This document shows positions 1 to 10,454 of a stretch of 37,244 nt of DNA, one piece after another. The number at the start of each line of letters is the position of its first letter. The stretch's first letter is position 1. Source of the stretch: Octopus bimaculoides (taxonomy: Eukaryota); NCBI RefSeq assembly GCF_001194135.2, contig NC_068993.1:29394383-29431626 (forward strand), read 5' to 3'. A program made the position numbers and the translations under genes. The notes beneath the pieces are model-generated. The model did no database searches. It was not told where the DNA came from and saw nothing but the letters and a program-made list of their open reading frames with translations.

Positions 1-1253
1 CTACGTAAAGTTGACCGTGGGAGAACACTTGCTCTGTAAGATTTAAACCAACCATTTGCAATGATTGACTCTATGCCTTATTTATTGTCATTGCAAAGGA
101 GGGTTTAATAGGAAATTGAAGCCGCTTAAACTTGTAGATCGTATTGGAGGGAGTGAGAGACATTGGAGTTATGAGAACATCTTGACCAGCGGCCTGTCCA
201 TTCCAGATGGTTGCCTGTAGAACTCGGGAGTATAATTTAATAATTATCATGTGCATTATTGGAGCATCCAAATTCCACAACAGCATGATGGGCGTGCCAA
301 CCTTAAGATGAAGTTCGTGAGCGGAAGTCCTGCAGGCGTTTGGGAATTTAGGAATTCTGTTGTGAAAACGGTCGTATCATGCATGTCAATGAACTTGAAG
401 GAGAGTTTTTCTCCAGGAATCAGATCGAGAAGTTTATTATTGATAGCGTCTACTGTTTTATTGTGAAGCGCCAAAATTGCTCTTCCTTGTAGGCAAGTTG
501 TGTCAAGGCTTTGGTTTGCAATGCCAGGAAAAACGGAAGAAATCAAATCATCGACGGTAGGCACAAAGTTACCAAATGGTAAATGGATGAAACCATCAGC
601 ATCGCCAGCTGCAGTTCCATTACCAACATTGAGAAGCTGCGCTGAGAATGTGGCCGCGTTTTCGTCGCCATGCACGTGAACTCTCATGTTCGTAGTCAGG
701 TGAAGTTTCTCCATGTGTTGCCATAAGTTGGATGATTTTATGGAAGCATTTACCTCGTCAGCTCTTGTCCCCTGTGGAATGACAGGTAGGGTTTGTCGGA
801 AGTCACCAGAAAGCAGAACAGTCACTCCACCCATCATTCTCATATTGCGTCTCAGGTCCTGAAGAGACCGATCGAGCGCCTCAAAAGCCGCCTTATGACT
901 CATGGTTGCCTCATCCCAAATCATAAGGCTGCACTCATTGAGAAGATTTCTCATGACTGAGCCACGACTAACATTGCAAGTTGGATTTTCCTGTTTGGTC
1001 AAGTCTAGTGGTAATTTGAAGGCTGAGTGTGCCGTACGACCGCCATGCAGTGGAGTTGCTGCAATGCCACTGGATGCAACCGCTATGGCAACCCGATTTT
1101 CCTGGTGAATTTTGGCGAGCAGGAGGTTCATGGGAAAAGTTTTTCCGGTTCCGCTGGGAGCATCCAAGAAAAAAGTTGTCCTTCGTTGGAATTAACACCG
1201 GAGAGGATCCTGTTGTATGCAATTCTCTGTTCTTTCAAAAGTCTAGGCTCATT
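1..1253 (-). pseudogene. Helitron PIF1-family helicase fragment, disrupted; runs off the window start
   Basis: The minus strand reads NEPRLLKEQRIAYN..FFLDAPSGTGKT (Walker A), IWDEATM, GDFRQTLPV, then after a frameshift FKRLQFPIKPSFAMTINKA*..SLQMVGLNLTEQVFSHGQLYV. One frameshift near 290 and a stop at 71-73. Confidence 0.93.
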
Positions 1254-1677
1254 TTACGATAGTTGATGTATGGAAAAGATTCTGTTAAATGTTTGAAATG
1301 CAAACTTGTAGATGGAAAAGAAGTTCAGACCTCTACATGATAGGTAGACCTGGTAGAAATAGCAGGCAAATCTCCCTCAAAACACCCCTACTGTATTAAT
1401 GCTACAATTCTGCGTATTATGTAGTTTGAATGAGAAGCTGTAAGGTGTGTGAGCAACTGGTGTTAATGGCAGAAGAAGGGTAAGTGCATGTGGTCATGGT
1501 AGAAAATTTTTACGATAGTTGATTTATGGAAAAGATTATGTTAAATGTTTGAAATGCAAATCTGTGCATGAAAAATAAGTTCAGACTTCTACATGATAGG
1601 TAGACCTGGTAGAAATAGCAGCCAAATCTCCCTCAAAACACCCTACTGTATTAATGCAAGAATTCTGCGTATTATGT
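1252..1677. repeat. Two ~170-bp direct repeats (1252-1422 and 1508-1677)
   Basis: TTTACGATAGTTGAT..TGCGTATTATGT is present twice at an offset of ~256 bp, with few substitutions. Confidence 0.9.
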
Positions 1678-2227
1678 TAAGAAGTTGACGTTAAGAATCG
1701 CTTTAACAGAAAATGAAGCTGTAAGAATTAATAGGGGAATTGTATGTAAGAATTAATAGCAGACGTATCCAATTTAAGAAAAGTGCAGAGAAAAGCTAAG
1801 TAAACTATGGAATAAGTAATTGTTATGCGCTTATAGAAAAACAATTTATATTATAGAAATTGATACACACCTGTTGAAGATTAAAATGTATGTAAGAGAT
1901 ATTGTTTTCGACGCGTGTATAATCATAGAGAAACTGGAAGACATGAAATGTCCGTTTGTGTGTGTATGTGTGTGTATTTTTGGCGGGATTTTTGCATTTA
2001 GCAGGAGTTGATTTGTGTTTTATCTCTCGATCAATGGCCGGACAAGTGAAAAGGAAAGGCGATTTTTTGAAGTGGGTGTCGAATGAAGAGACATGGACAG
2101 TTTTATGACTGAACTTCTTCTGAAGTTGTGGTGAGAGGGGAGAATTGATGTGTGTGCGTATGTCTGTGTGTATGTTTGATGGGGTGTGCGCGACAGAGAT
2201 AGTAATGTTGATGGTGTATGTGTATAT

Positions 2228-2229
<2 letters not shown>

Positions 2230-2265
<36 letters not shown>

Positions 2266-2294
2266 AAGAGAGAGAGAGAAAGAGAGAGAGAGAT
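2230..2294. repeat. (GA)n microsatellite
   Basis: Direct reading. Confidence 0.95.
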
Positions 2295-2686
2295 AAATGA
2301 AATTTATCATTCAGTTTATTTATTTATTATGTATATATGTATGAATGGCTTCAGTGACACACTCACATACACGCATGCACACACGCAGGTTGTTCTAATC
2401 GATTTTCTCTGTAAGTATGGGGGCTAGGAAAATAAATAGAAAGCGCGTTCCAATCTATGCACCCGTCTCCACATGTGTGCCATTTTTCACGCGAATCCAC
2501 CCAGCCGTTTGGCCGTGAACCTCAAGACAAGAAAGAATACAACGGTCGGCCAACTTCAATTTATATCATAGAATATATATATATCTTCATATGTGGGCAC
2601 AGGACGTCACGAAACGTGTACAAAAAAATACAAAATAGGAGTACATAGAATATGAACTATTTTTTCGAACAATGAAAGACACAAAA

Positions 2687-2708
2687 TTAGGGTTAGGGTT
2701 AGGGTTAG
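2687..2708 (+). repeat. Short interstitial (TTAGGG)3 tract
   Basis: TTAGGGTTAGGGTTAGGGTTAG. Confidence 0.85.
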
Positions 2709-2988
2709 AGTCATTCCCGGCTTTGGTGCTCCAAAACGAAGACATTTGAAATATACCTCCAAATATAATTAACAGAACTGTATGCATGTTCTCTCTGGTG
2801 TGGACGGTCACACTGATGATTTGCAGACATTTACGAATGTAAATGGTAACAATGAAACCTCGTATGTGAATAATCATCATATTTTCTATCTTTTCATTTT
2901 ATCTTGCTCGCTTTACATTCTGGCATTTGCCGAATTTTCTTGAGAACAATTTTTTCTTAGTGGTCAGACTATATGGGGCCTACATTTA

Positions 2989-3025
2989 ACATATTGGATG
3001 TCCACCTAGTGGACATCCAATATGT
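2989..3025. repeat. Perfect 17-bp inverted repeat with a 3-nt loop
   Basis: ACATATTGGATGTCCAC-CTA-GTGGACATCCAATATGT. Confidence 0.95.
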
Positions 3026-3163
3026 ATGTAATATAATTTTCTGAATCTTCAGATTTTTTCAATATGCAAGGCCACTGGTTTAAATTGATATTAATCAAAT
3101 TGATATCAATTTGTTACCCTGATTATTTTAATTATATATACATGTATATAGATTTACATATAT

Positions 3164-3241
<78 letters not shown>

Positions 3242-3369
3242 CGTCCACTCGTGACCGAGGAAGACCATTGCTAACCTCAGGAACATCGTGCGCTCTAGGA
3301 CTAATATTTTGCATTTTGTATTTTTATGTTTATTTATGTATGTCTATATATGTTAAAGTATGCATATAT

Positions 3370-3748
3370 ATGTGAGTTTTTATGATCTTTTATATGTTTA
3401 TATTTGGATATTTGAAATTAACTTCATGAACTTTATAAAATCTCTGAAGAGGCCTAGAGAATCATACATGTACCTCTTTTTCATCCATTTCATCTAGCAA
3501 TTACTTCAGCCTACTGGAGTTATATAGATAGAATGAGGCATGTCACCTCTAGACTGAAACAGCTGTAAGTCATTGTCCCATCTTCGGTCACTAGATGTCC
3601 ATTTTAATTATTGATATGACATAATATGTCACATGTGTTTGTATATTGTTATCATTGTCCTCTTAGTTAAAAAATAAACAGGTAAATTAACATGATACAA
3701 TGTCTGCAAATTGATGAATACCACATATCCCCCTCCATTTTCTTATTG

Positions 3749-3755
<7 letters not shown>
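3370..3755 (+). mobile_element. PLE pLTR/retrozyme-like repeat, family 1, copy a
   Basis: Homologous to 5523-5911 (inverted) and 5913-6175. Carries an HHR motif and ends in a (TA)n tract. Confidence 0.7.
3441..3570 (+). ncRNA. Type I hammerhead ribozyme, family 1, slightly decayed
   Basis: TCT-CTGAAGA-GGCCTAGAG...CTCTAGACT-GAAA-CAGCTG-TA-AGT. One mismatch in stem II and one in stem I. Confidence 0.6.
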
Positions 3756-3790
<35 letters not shown>

Positions 3791-4444
3791 NNNNNNNNNN
3801 NNNNNNNNNNNNNNNNNNNNNNNNNNNNNNNNNNNNNNNNNNNNNNNNNNNNNNNNNNNNNNNNNNNNNNNNNNNNNNNNNNNNNNNNNNNNNNNNNNNN
3901 NNNNNNNNNNNNNNNNNNNNNNNNNNNNNNNNNNNNNNNNNNNNNNNNNNNNNNNNNNNNNNNNNNNNNNNNNNNNNNNNNNNNNNNNNNNNNNNNNNNN
4001 NNNNNNNNNNNNNNNNNNNNNNNNNNNNNNNNNNNNNNNNNNNNNNNNNNNNNNNNNNNNNNNNNNNNNNNNNNNNNNNNNNNNNNNNNNNNNNNNNNNN
4101 NNNNNNNNNNNNNNNNNNNNNNNNNNNNNNNNNNNNNNNNNNNNNNNNNNNNNNNNNNNNNNNNNNNNNNNNNNNNNNNNNNNNNNNNNNNNNNNNNNNN
4201 NNNNNNNNNNNNNNNNNNNNNNNNNNNNNNNNNNNNNNNNNNNNNNNNNNNNNNNNNNNNNNNNNNNNNNNNNNNNNNNNNNNNNNNNNNNNNNNNNNNN
4301 NNNNNNNNNNNNNNNNNNNNNNNNNNNNNNNNNNNNNNNNNNNNNNNNNNNNNNNNNNNNNNNNNNNNNNNNNNNNNNNNNNNNNNNNNNNNNNNNNNNN
4401 NNNNNNNNNNNNNNNNNNNNNNNNNNNNNNNNNNNNNNNNNNNN

Positions 4445-5320
4445 TAATAATAATAATAAAGGTTAAAATGAATGAATTAATTAAACAATTTATTAATAAA
4501 TAATAATTTTACCAAGTAGTCAGTATGCTAAAATAACCTTTTTAGGTGAATTATACAAAATATTCTATAATTATATTTAATTATAATCAGGGGTCAGCTA
4601 AATTGCTTCACCATGCACCGAATTAGAAAAAGATGTTAATGTCTTTTCAACTACCATAAAGATCTCCGAGAAAAATAACACTTTTTTATGTAGGCAAAAA
4701 GAAAAATGATGAACCCACATGACTTCGATTAACCAAAGATGCATTTCAAAATTAAAGTATATTATATTTACTTATTTTTCTCCTCAGTGTAGTACTACGA
4801 GTTATAAATTTGTGAGTGTTAGGATTAAATATGTACATGATCAAGCATCATCGCATAACTGATATTCAACCGCACTCCCCAAAATATACAGCCAAATGTG
4901 AATACATATTTATCCTTTATACCTACATGTGTGTTACGAACAATCTCACAGAAAACTGCAGTTTCGATCAGGGAGTAAATTATAATTTTAATAATAATAA
5001 AGGGTAAAATTAATTAATTAAATAATCAATCAATTAATTATTAATTAATAATTTTACCAAGTAGTCAGTATGCTAAAATAACCTTTTTAGGTGAATTATA
5101 CAAAATATTCTATAATCATATACATAATTATAATCAGGGGTCAGCTAAATTGCTTCGCCACGTACCGAATTAGAAAAAGACACTAATATCTTTTCCACTA
5201 CCATAAAGATCTCTGAGACAATAACACACTTTTTTATGTAGGCAAAAAGAAAAATGATGAACCCACATGACTTTAATTAACCACAGATGTGTTTCGAAAT
5301 TAAAGTAAATTATATTTAGC
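4445..5320. repeat. Two diverged ~325-bp direct repeats (4445-4770 and ~4990-5320)
   Basis: Shared AATTTTACCAAGTAGTCAGTATGC...GATGAACCCACATGAC block at a period of ~545 bp, with scattered substitutions. Confidence 0.9.
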
Positions 5321-5522
5321 TTTCTAATTTGGTATGTGGCATATATATGTATATTATTGTGTATAAACCAAGAGAGTTAGGGGTTGTGAATCCAACCCAC
5401 TAAGGGATAATATCTATCCGATATACTGCTGAGAGGGTACCCAATTATTATTACATTAGTGTTTTTACCAAGTGAAATAAGTGAGTGCAAGTAAGAGGAG
5501 GTTCTACCCTAAATTTATATAT

Positions 5523-5911
5523 CAATAAGAAAATGGAGGGGAATATGTAGTACTCATCAACTTGCAGACACTGTACTATGTTAATTAACCTGTTTATTTT
5601 TCAACCAAAAGGACAATAAAGACAATATACAAACACATATGACACACAATGTCAATTCAAAAGGGACCGAAGAAGGGACAAAGTCTTACAGCTGTTTCGG
5701 CCTAAAAGTGGCATGCCTCATTCTATCTATATAACTCCAGTAAGCTGGAGTAATTGGTAGATGAAAAGGATGCAATGGAGGTGCATGCATGATTCTCTAG
5801 GCCTCTTCAGAGATTTACAAAGTTCAGTTCATGAAATTTACAAAATTTAAATATAAATATAAAAATATAAAAGCATATAAAAATCATATAAAGAGTCATA
5901 GAAACTCACAT
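5523..5911 (-). mobile_element. PLE pLTR/retrozyme-like repeat, family 1, copy b
   Basis: Reverse-complement homolog of 3370-3755. Confidence 0.75.
5684..5813 (-). ncRNA. Type I hammerhead ribozyme, family 1, intact core with a long stem II insertion
   Basis: Minus strand: stem I TCT/AGA, CTGAAGA, stem II GGCCTAGA/TTTAGGCC around a ~95-nt insert, GAAA, palindromic stem III ACAGCTGT, GUA cleavage triplet. Confidence 0.8.
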
Positions 5912-5912
5912 A

Positions 5913-6175
5913 GCTTACTGGAGTTATATAGATAGAATGAGGCATGCCACAACTAGGCCGAAACAGCTGTAAGACTTTGTCCCTTCTTCGATCATTAGAT
6001 GTCCTTTTGAATTTTTAATTTAAAATTTTTAATTGCTGATATGACATAGTGTGTCATATGTGTTTGTATATTGTCTTTATTGTCCTTTTGGTTGAAAAAT
6101 AAACAGGTTGTTTAACATAGTACGGTGTCTGCAAGTTGATAAGTACCACATATTCCCCTCCATTTTCTTATTGCT
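5913..6175 (+). mobile_element. Family 1 partial copy c (3' half of the HHR only)
   Basis: Begins GCTTACTGGAG..CTAGGCCGAAACAGCTGTAAGAC and lacks the CTGAAGA half. Ends in (TA)n before the gap. Confidence 0.75.
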
Positions 6176-7300
6176 ATATATATATGTATATGCATACATA
6201 TACATATATATATATATATATATANNNNNNNNNNNNNNNNNNNNNNNNNNNNNNNNNNNNNNNNNNNNNNNNNNNNNNNNNNNNNNNNNNNNNNNNNNNN
6301 NNNNNNNNNNNNNNNNNNNNNNNNNNNNNNNNNNNNNNNNNNNNNNNNNNNNNNNNNNNNNNNNNNNNNNNNNNNNNNNNNNNNNNNNNNNNNNNNNNNN
6401 NNNNNNNNNNNNNNNNNNNNNNNNNNNNNNNNNNNNNNNNNNNNNNNNNNNNNNNNNNNNNNNNNNNNNNNNNNNNNNNNNNNNNNNNNNNNNNNNNNNN
6501 NNNNNNNNNNNNNNNNNNNNNNNNNNNNNNNNNNNNNNNNNNNNNNNNNNNNNNNNNNNNNNNNNNNNNNNNNNNNNNNNNNNNNNNNNNNNNNNNNNNN
6601 NNNNNNNNNNNNNNNNNNNNNNNNNNNNNNNNNNNNNNNNNNNNNNNNNNNNNNNNNNNNNNNNNNNNNNNNNNNNNNNNNNNNNNNNNNNNNNNNNNNN
6701 NNNNNNNNNNNNNNNNNNNNNNNNNNNNNNNNNNNNNNNNNNNNNNNNNNNNNNNNNNNNNNNNNNNNNNNNNNNNNNNNNNNNNNNNNNNNNNNNNNNN
6801 NNNNNNNNNNNNNNNNNNNNNNNNNNNNNNNNNNNNNNNNNNNNNNNNNNNNNNNNNNNNNNNNNNNNNNNNNNNNNNNNNNNNNNNNNNNNNNNNNNNN
6901 NNNNNNNNNNNNNNNNNNNNNNNNNNNNNNNNNNNNNNNNNNNNNNNNNNNNNNNNNNNNNNNNNNNNNNNNNNNNNNNNNNNNNNNNNNNNNNNNNNNN
7001 NNNNNNNNNNNNNNNNNNNNNNNNNNNNNNNNNNNNNNNNNNNNNNNGTGTAATAGTTAAAGCTATACTATTTAAAACTAAAAATGTTTATTTAATTATC
7101 ATTAAAAATCAATTGAATAGAAAAATACAAGAATACTTATTTCTACAAACGTAGAAATAAAAATAAAAATATGAATGAAAAAATTATGAATGAAAAAATT
7201 AAGAATGAAAAAAATTATTATGAATAAAAGATTAAACTTTATATATACTAAGTTTTAATTAAAAAAACCTATAAGATGTATAAGGTAACAAACCCTTACT

Positions 7301-7537
7301 CACCCAGCCCTACCATCAACTTGCAGTGAAATAGTTTTCTCTCCTGAACTTACTAAATTTTCTAAAGGTGATCAATTTATGCTTGACTCAGGACCAGTTG
7401 AAAAGCGTATTGTGATATTTGTGACAAGACTAAGCTGTCACTGGTATGCTGACAATGCATTTAAAACAGTCCCTTTGTTATTTCTCCAGTTATATGCCCT
7501 ACAAGATAATGGAAGTTATCTACTACCTCTAACTTAC
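7301..7537 (+). pseudogene. Mutator-like (MULE) transposase fragment, not in the ORF track
   Basis: Stop-free frame HPALPSTCSEIVFSPELTKFSKGDQFMLDSGPVEKRIVIFVT..HWYADNAFKTVPLLFLQLYALQDNGSYLLPLTY resembles the MULE W..DGTF...P..F.QLY motif. Confidence 0.7.
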
Positions 7538-7599
7538 CCCTCTGGTAGTTGATGGAGTCTATTTTCTGTACATTTTTGGTGTTTATTGTACCTGTGCAT

Positions 7600-9470
7600 C
7601 TTCCACCCACAAAAGCTACTTTCCCATTTTTAAATGGGTGTGTGTATAATATTGTTTTTTAAAAGTATTGGCCATAGCCATTATGTAATACGTAATTGTT
7701 GTAGCAGTAATAACATGACACTTGTAGAAGATGCTTTTTGTGAGACATATTCCATTTAAAGGGCAAGTTTGCATTTTCCTACAGCTACAAGTTTTGGTCA
7801 TTGTGGATCCTCCTGCTGTAAGGCTGGAATTGTTGGATAGATGTAAGCCCAAAGTTCATTGTCAGAAGGGTGAGTGAGGTGATAGGGAATGAATGAAGTT
7901 AGAATTACTGCTGAGAGTCAAAGTTTTGTAATTTTGGTTGGTGTAAAGGATCTGTAGAATGTGTTTCAATGTGGTGGAAGGAATCTTATATTGATCATTA
8001 GGTATTATATGTAGGATTTTTGCATTCCTAAACTTACAGTTGTTAGTGCCAGCAATAGTGGCAGTGAGATTGGTGGTTATGGAGTAAGACAGTTTAATTG
8101 TTTACTTGTTGAATATTTGGTAATAACTGTGGTGCAGTAGAAAGTTTGTTTTAAGCAGAGAAAAGTAGATTTTAGGAAGATGAGATTTTACTTGGAGATT
8201 GAAAGGAGGATTATACCAGGTAACTTTCCAGTTTCTATTTTTTCTGGAAATGTTAGTGTTTGGAAGTGTGAATAATGTTATTAGAGTTGGTATTAAGGTT
8301 AACCGCTGAGGGTCAAGGTTTGTTGAATCCATTTAAAAGTGGTTTGTGTGTCTGATGCAGAATATTTTTGAGGTGATCTACTATGACAGTCTGGGAATCT
8401 AGTGTGGTTTAGGAGTATTGAGTTCAGCATATATGTGATCTTTTCAGAGTATTCACTTCTGCTAAGAGCCTCATTGTAATAGCCTGCTATGTTCTAAAAA
8501 ATCTGCTTATCTGTGGATAGCTTAGAAACTCTAATAGACACTTTTTTACCATTTAACTTATGATTGATTTGGGGTGATTGGGATTTGAATGGATGTATTT
8601 GGCTTGTATAATGTGATGATTTGGGTTACATCTCAGAAGTTGATGATTTTAATGTTAGTTTCAAAGGTGAGTTAGAGGTTGTAGTTCTTAAATAATTTTG
8701 CAGGTTCATTCTAGTTGGAATGAATTACACCCTTCCACTGTGAGTAGGGAGTTGATAATCATCCCTGTAGAGTCTATCTCCAATGTGAGAAAAATGTGTC
8801 TTAATGATATAGAGTAAGTAGAGTCCAACTAGATCTGTAAGTTGGGTAGAATCCAGTGAGCCCATTGTTGTTGAATCCAGTGAGCCCATTATCAAAGTTG
8901 TTAGGAAAGGAACCCTCAAATTCAATGATACTCCTCACTGTAATTATGTTGATATCCTGTTTTGAAATAGTTAAGATTTTCCAAGCAAAAATTAAAGCCT
9001 TGTTTAGAAGAATTAAGGAATAGTAGGTATCGATGTGTAATTGTATAAAGCTAGTATTATTTCTATTTTCCATAATTCGAAACCAGTTTATAACCTCATC
9101 TGCATCCTGCCAAAGGTCCAATTTGACTAAATTTCTGATTTGCAGTATAAATTTATCTAAAATTCTTTTGCTAGGCCTACCCAGGCCTGATTTAGACAAA
9201 CTAATTAGTTTGATAAAAGGCCTTTCAGAGAAATTTGGTTTGTGGTCTTGACGTTTTGGTTGGAAGGGTCATGTTCAGTCATCAATGTTGAGATTTCTAA
9301 ATATTCGACAAGCTTTCTTTTGTTTATTTTCTTTAGTTTTACTTTAGTAACTTTTATATAGTTTTTTTGTAGTAATTCCTTAAGAATGAACTGCTTATAA
9401 GTAGGTTTTTCCAGATTGTAAAGACTTTTAGTTGTGTTAGAGTGTACTTGTAATTTCCAAGATTTTCTTA
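7600..9470 (-). mobile_element. Penelope-like element body (RT, Cys linker, start of GIY-YIG), decayed
   Basis: Minus-strand fragments: QLHIDTYYSL, MGSLDSTQLTDLVGLYLL, LYRDD, VTWYNPPF, CSCRKMQTCPLNGICLTKSIFYKC..YYIA..FKKQYYTH. Contains a 24-bp tandem duplication near 8848-8891. Confidence 0.85.
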
Positions 9471-9600
9471 TCTATATATATATATAACCCTTTGTATCAC
9501 TACCTGTTCCCAATGCATTCTCAAACTGCTCAACCTAATCAAATCAAATTTTACATGGTAATACTGAGACCCCAGGAGTATCAACATTTTTTGGGGGATT

Positions 9601-10435
9601 AATTTACACTGCATGCAAAATTACAGACATACTATATACAGTGTGTTATTAAACACACACACACATGCACACATCTACACATACATACCTGGTGACTGAC
9701 ATGCGTGAAGTGTGGGTTGGCCAGTGTCAATACAAAGTTTTATTTTCATTTCCTTTAAAACAATACACATTTACTGTTCCATTACCAGTTGATAATTATT
9801 GCAGTAGTTGCATGGTTGCAAGGTAAAATATAAAATTTTTTGTCTCTCTGTAATAATTATTGTGGCATTTACCATTGAATTAGTAGTTCCAAACATGTGC
9901 TTCTATTTCCGGCCTTATGGCCAAGATCAATATCTATTTCATTAATTTACACTGCATACAAAAATACACTCATACAATATATGGTTCGTTATTAAACACA
10001 CACACACATTTACATATATACATACCTGATGACTGGCATGTGTGAAGTGCGGCCAGTGTCAATACACACACACACACACACGCACACACACATACACACA
10101 CATACATATACATACCTGATGACTTGATTTTTTATTAACCACACAGGGTCAGGACACAGAGGGGACAACATGAGAACAGACAAAATGCAAAATTGGGGAA
10201 AAAATTAAACCAAATGAAAAGAATGGTAATGATAAATGAAATGGTAGAAGGATATCTACTTGAACCCCACACTCCAGTTAACATCATTGAATGCTTTCAG
10301 AAACAAAATTTTTAACATGTGTTATTTCATTTTTGTCTCTTTCTCCTTGTGTGTTGCTTATGTTACACACTCAGTGGACGACTGACATGCATGAAGTACG
10401 GGCTGACCAGTGTCAATACAAAATTTATTTTCATT
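9601..10435 (+). repeat. Three related ~70-150-bp repeats in the Helitron 5' region
   Basis: The GACTG(A/G)CATG..TGAAGT...CCAGTGTCAATACA block appears near 9693, 10031 and 10380. Confidence 0.8.
10130..10310 (-). mobile_element. Possible retroposon 3'-UTR fragment inserted in the Helitron
   Basis: The minus strand is pyrimidine-rich and ends ..CCCTGTGTGGTTAATAAAAAATC. It interrupts the repeat series. Family not identified. Confidence 0.35.
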
Positions 10436-10454
10436 GCAATACTTAATGCTGAAT

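Larger units (their letters stand above)
1..2572 (-). mobile_element. Probable internally deleted Helitron; 5' terminus near 2572
   Basis: The minus strand from 2572 begins TCTATGATATAAATTG...AAACGGCTGGGTGGATT, like Helitron 5' ends and like the terminus at 9471. It has the same orientation as the helicase at 1-1253. No Rep motifs lie in between. Confidence 0.55.

Noticed and set aside
2687-2708. Telomere or fusion site (also TTAGGG-like sequence near 34745)
   Set aside because: Only 3-4 units, embedded in repeat-like sequence, with no head-to-head array.
3692-4466. Long ORFs across N gaps (also 6108-7154 and 31013-31977)
   Set aside because: They consist of X residues from assembly gaps at 3791-4444, 6225-7047 and 31062-31912, and are not coding evidence.
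4781-4966. Minus-strand GAAACTGCAGTT and CTGAGGA motifs as a hammerhead
   Set aside because: They are in the wrong order for type I, and neither stem I nor stem II pairs beyond 1-2 bp.
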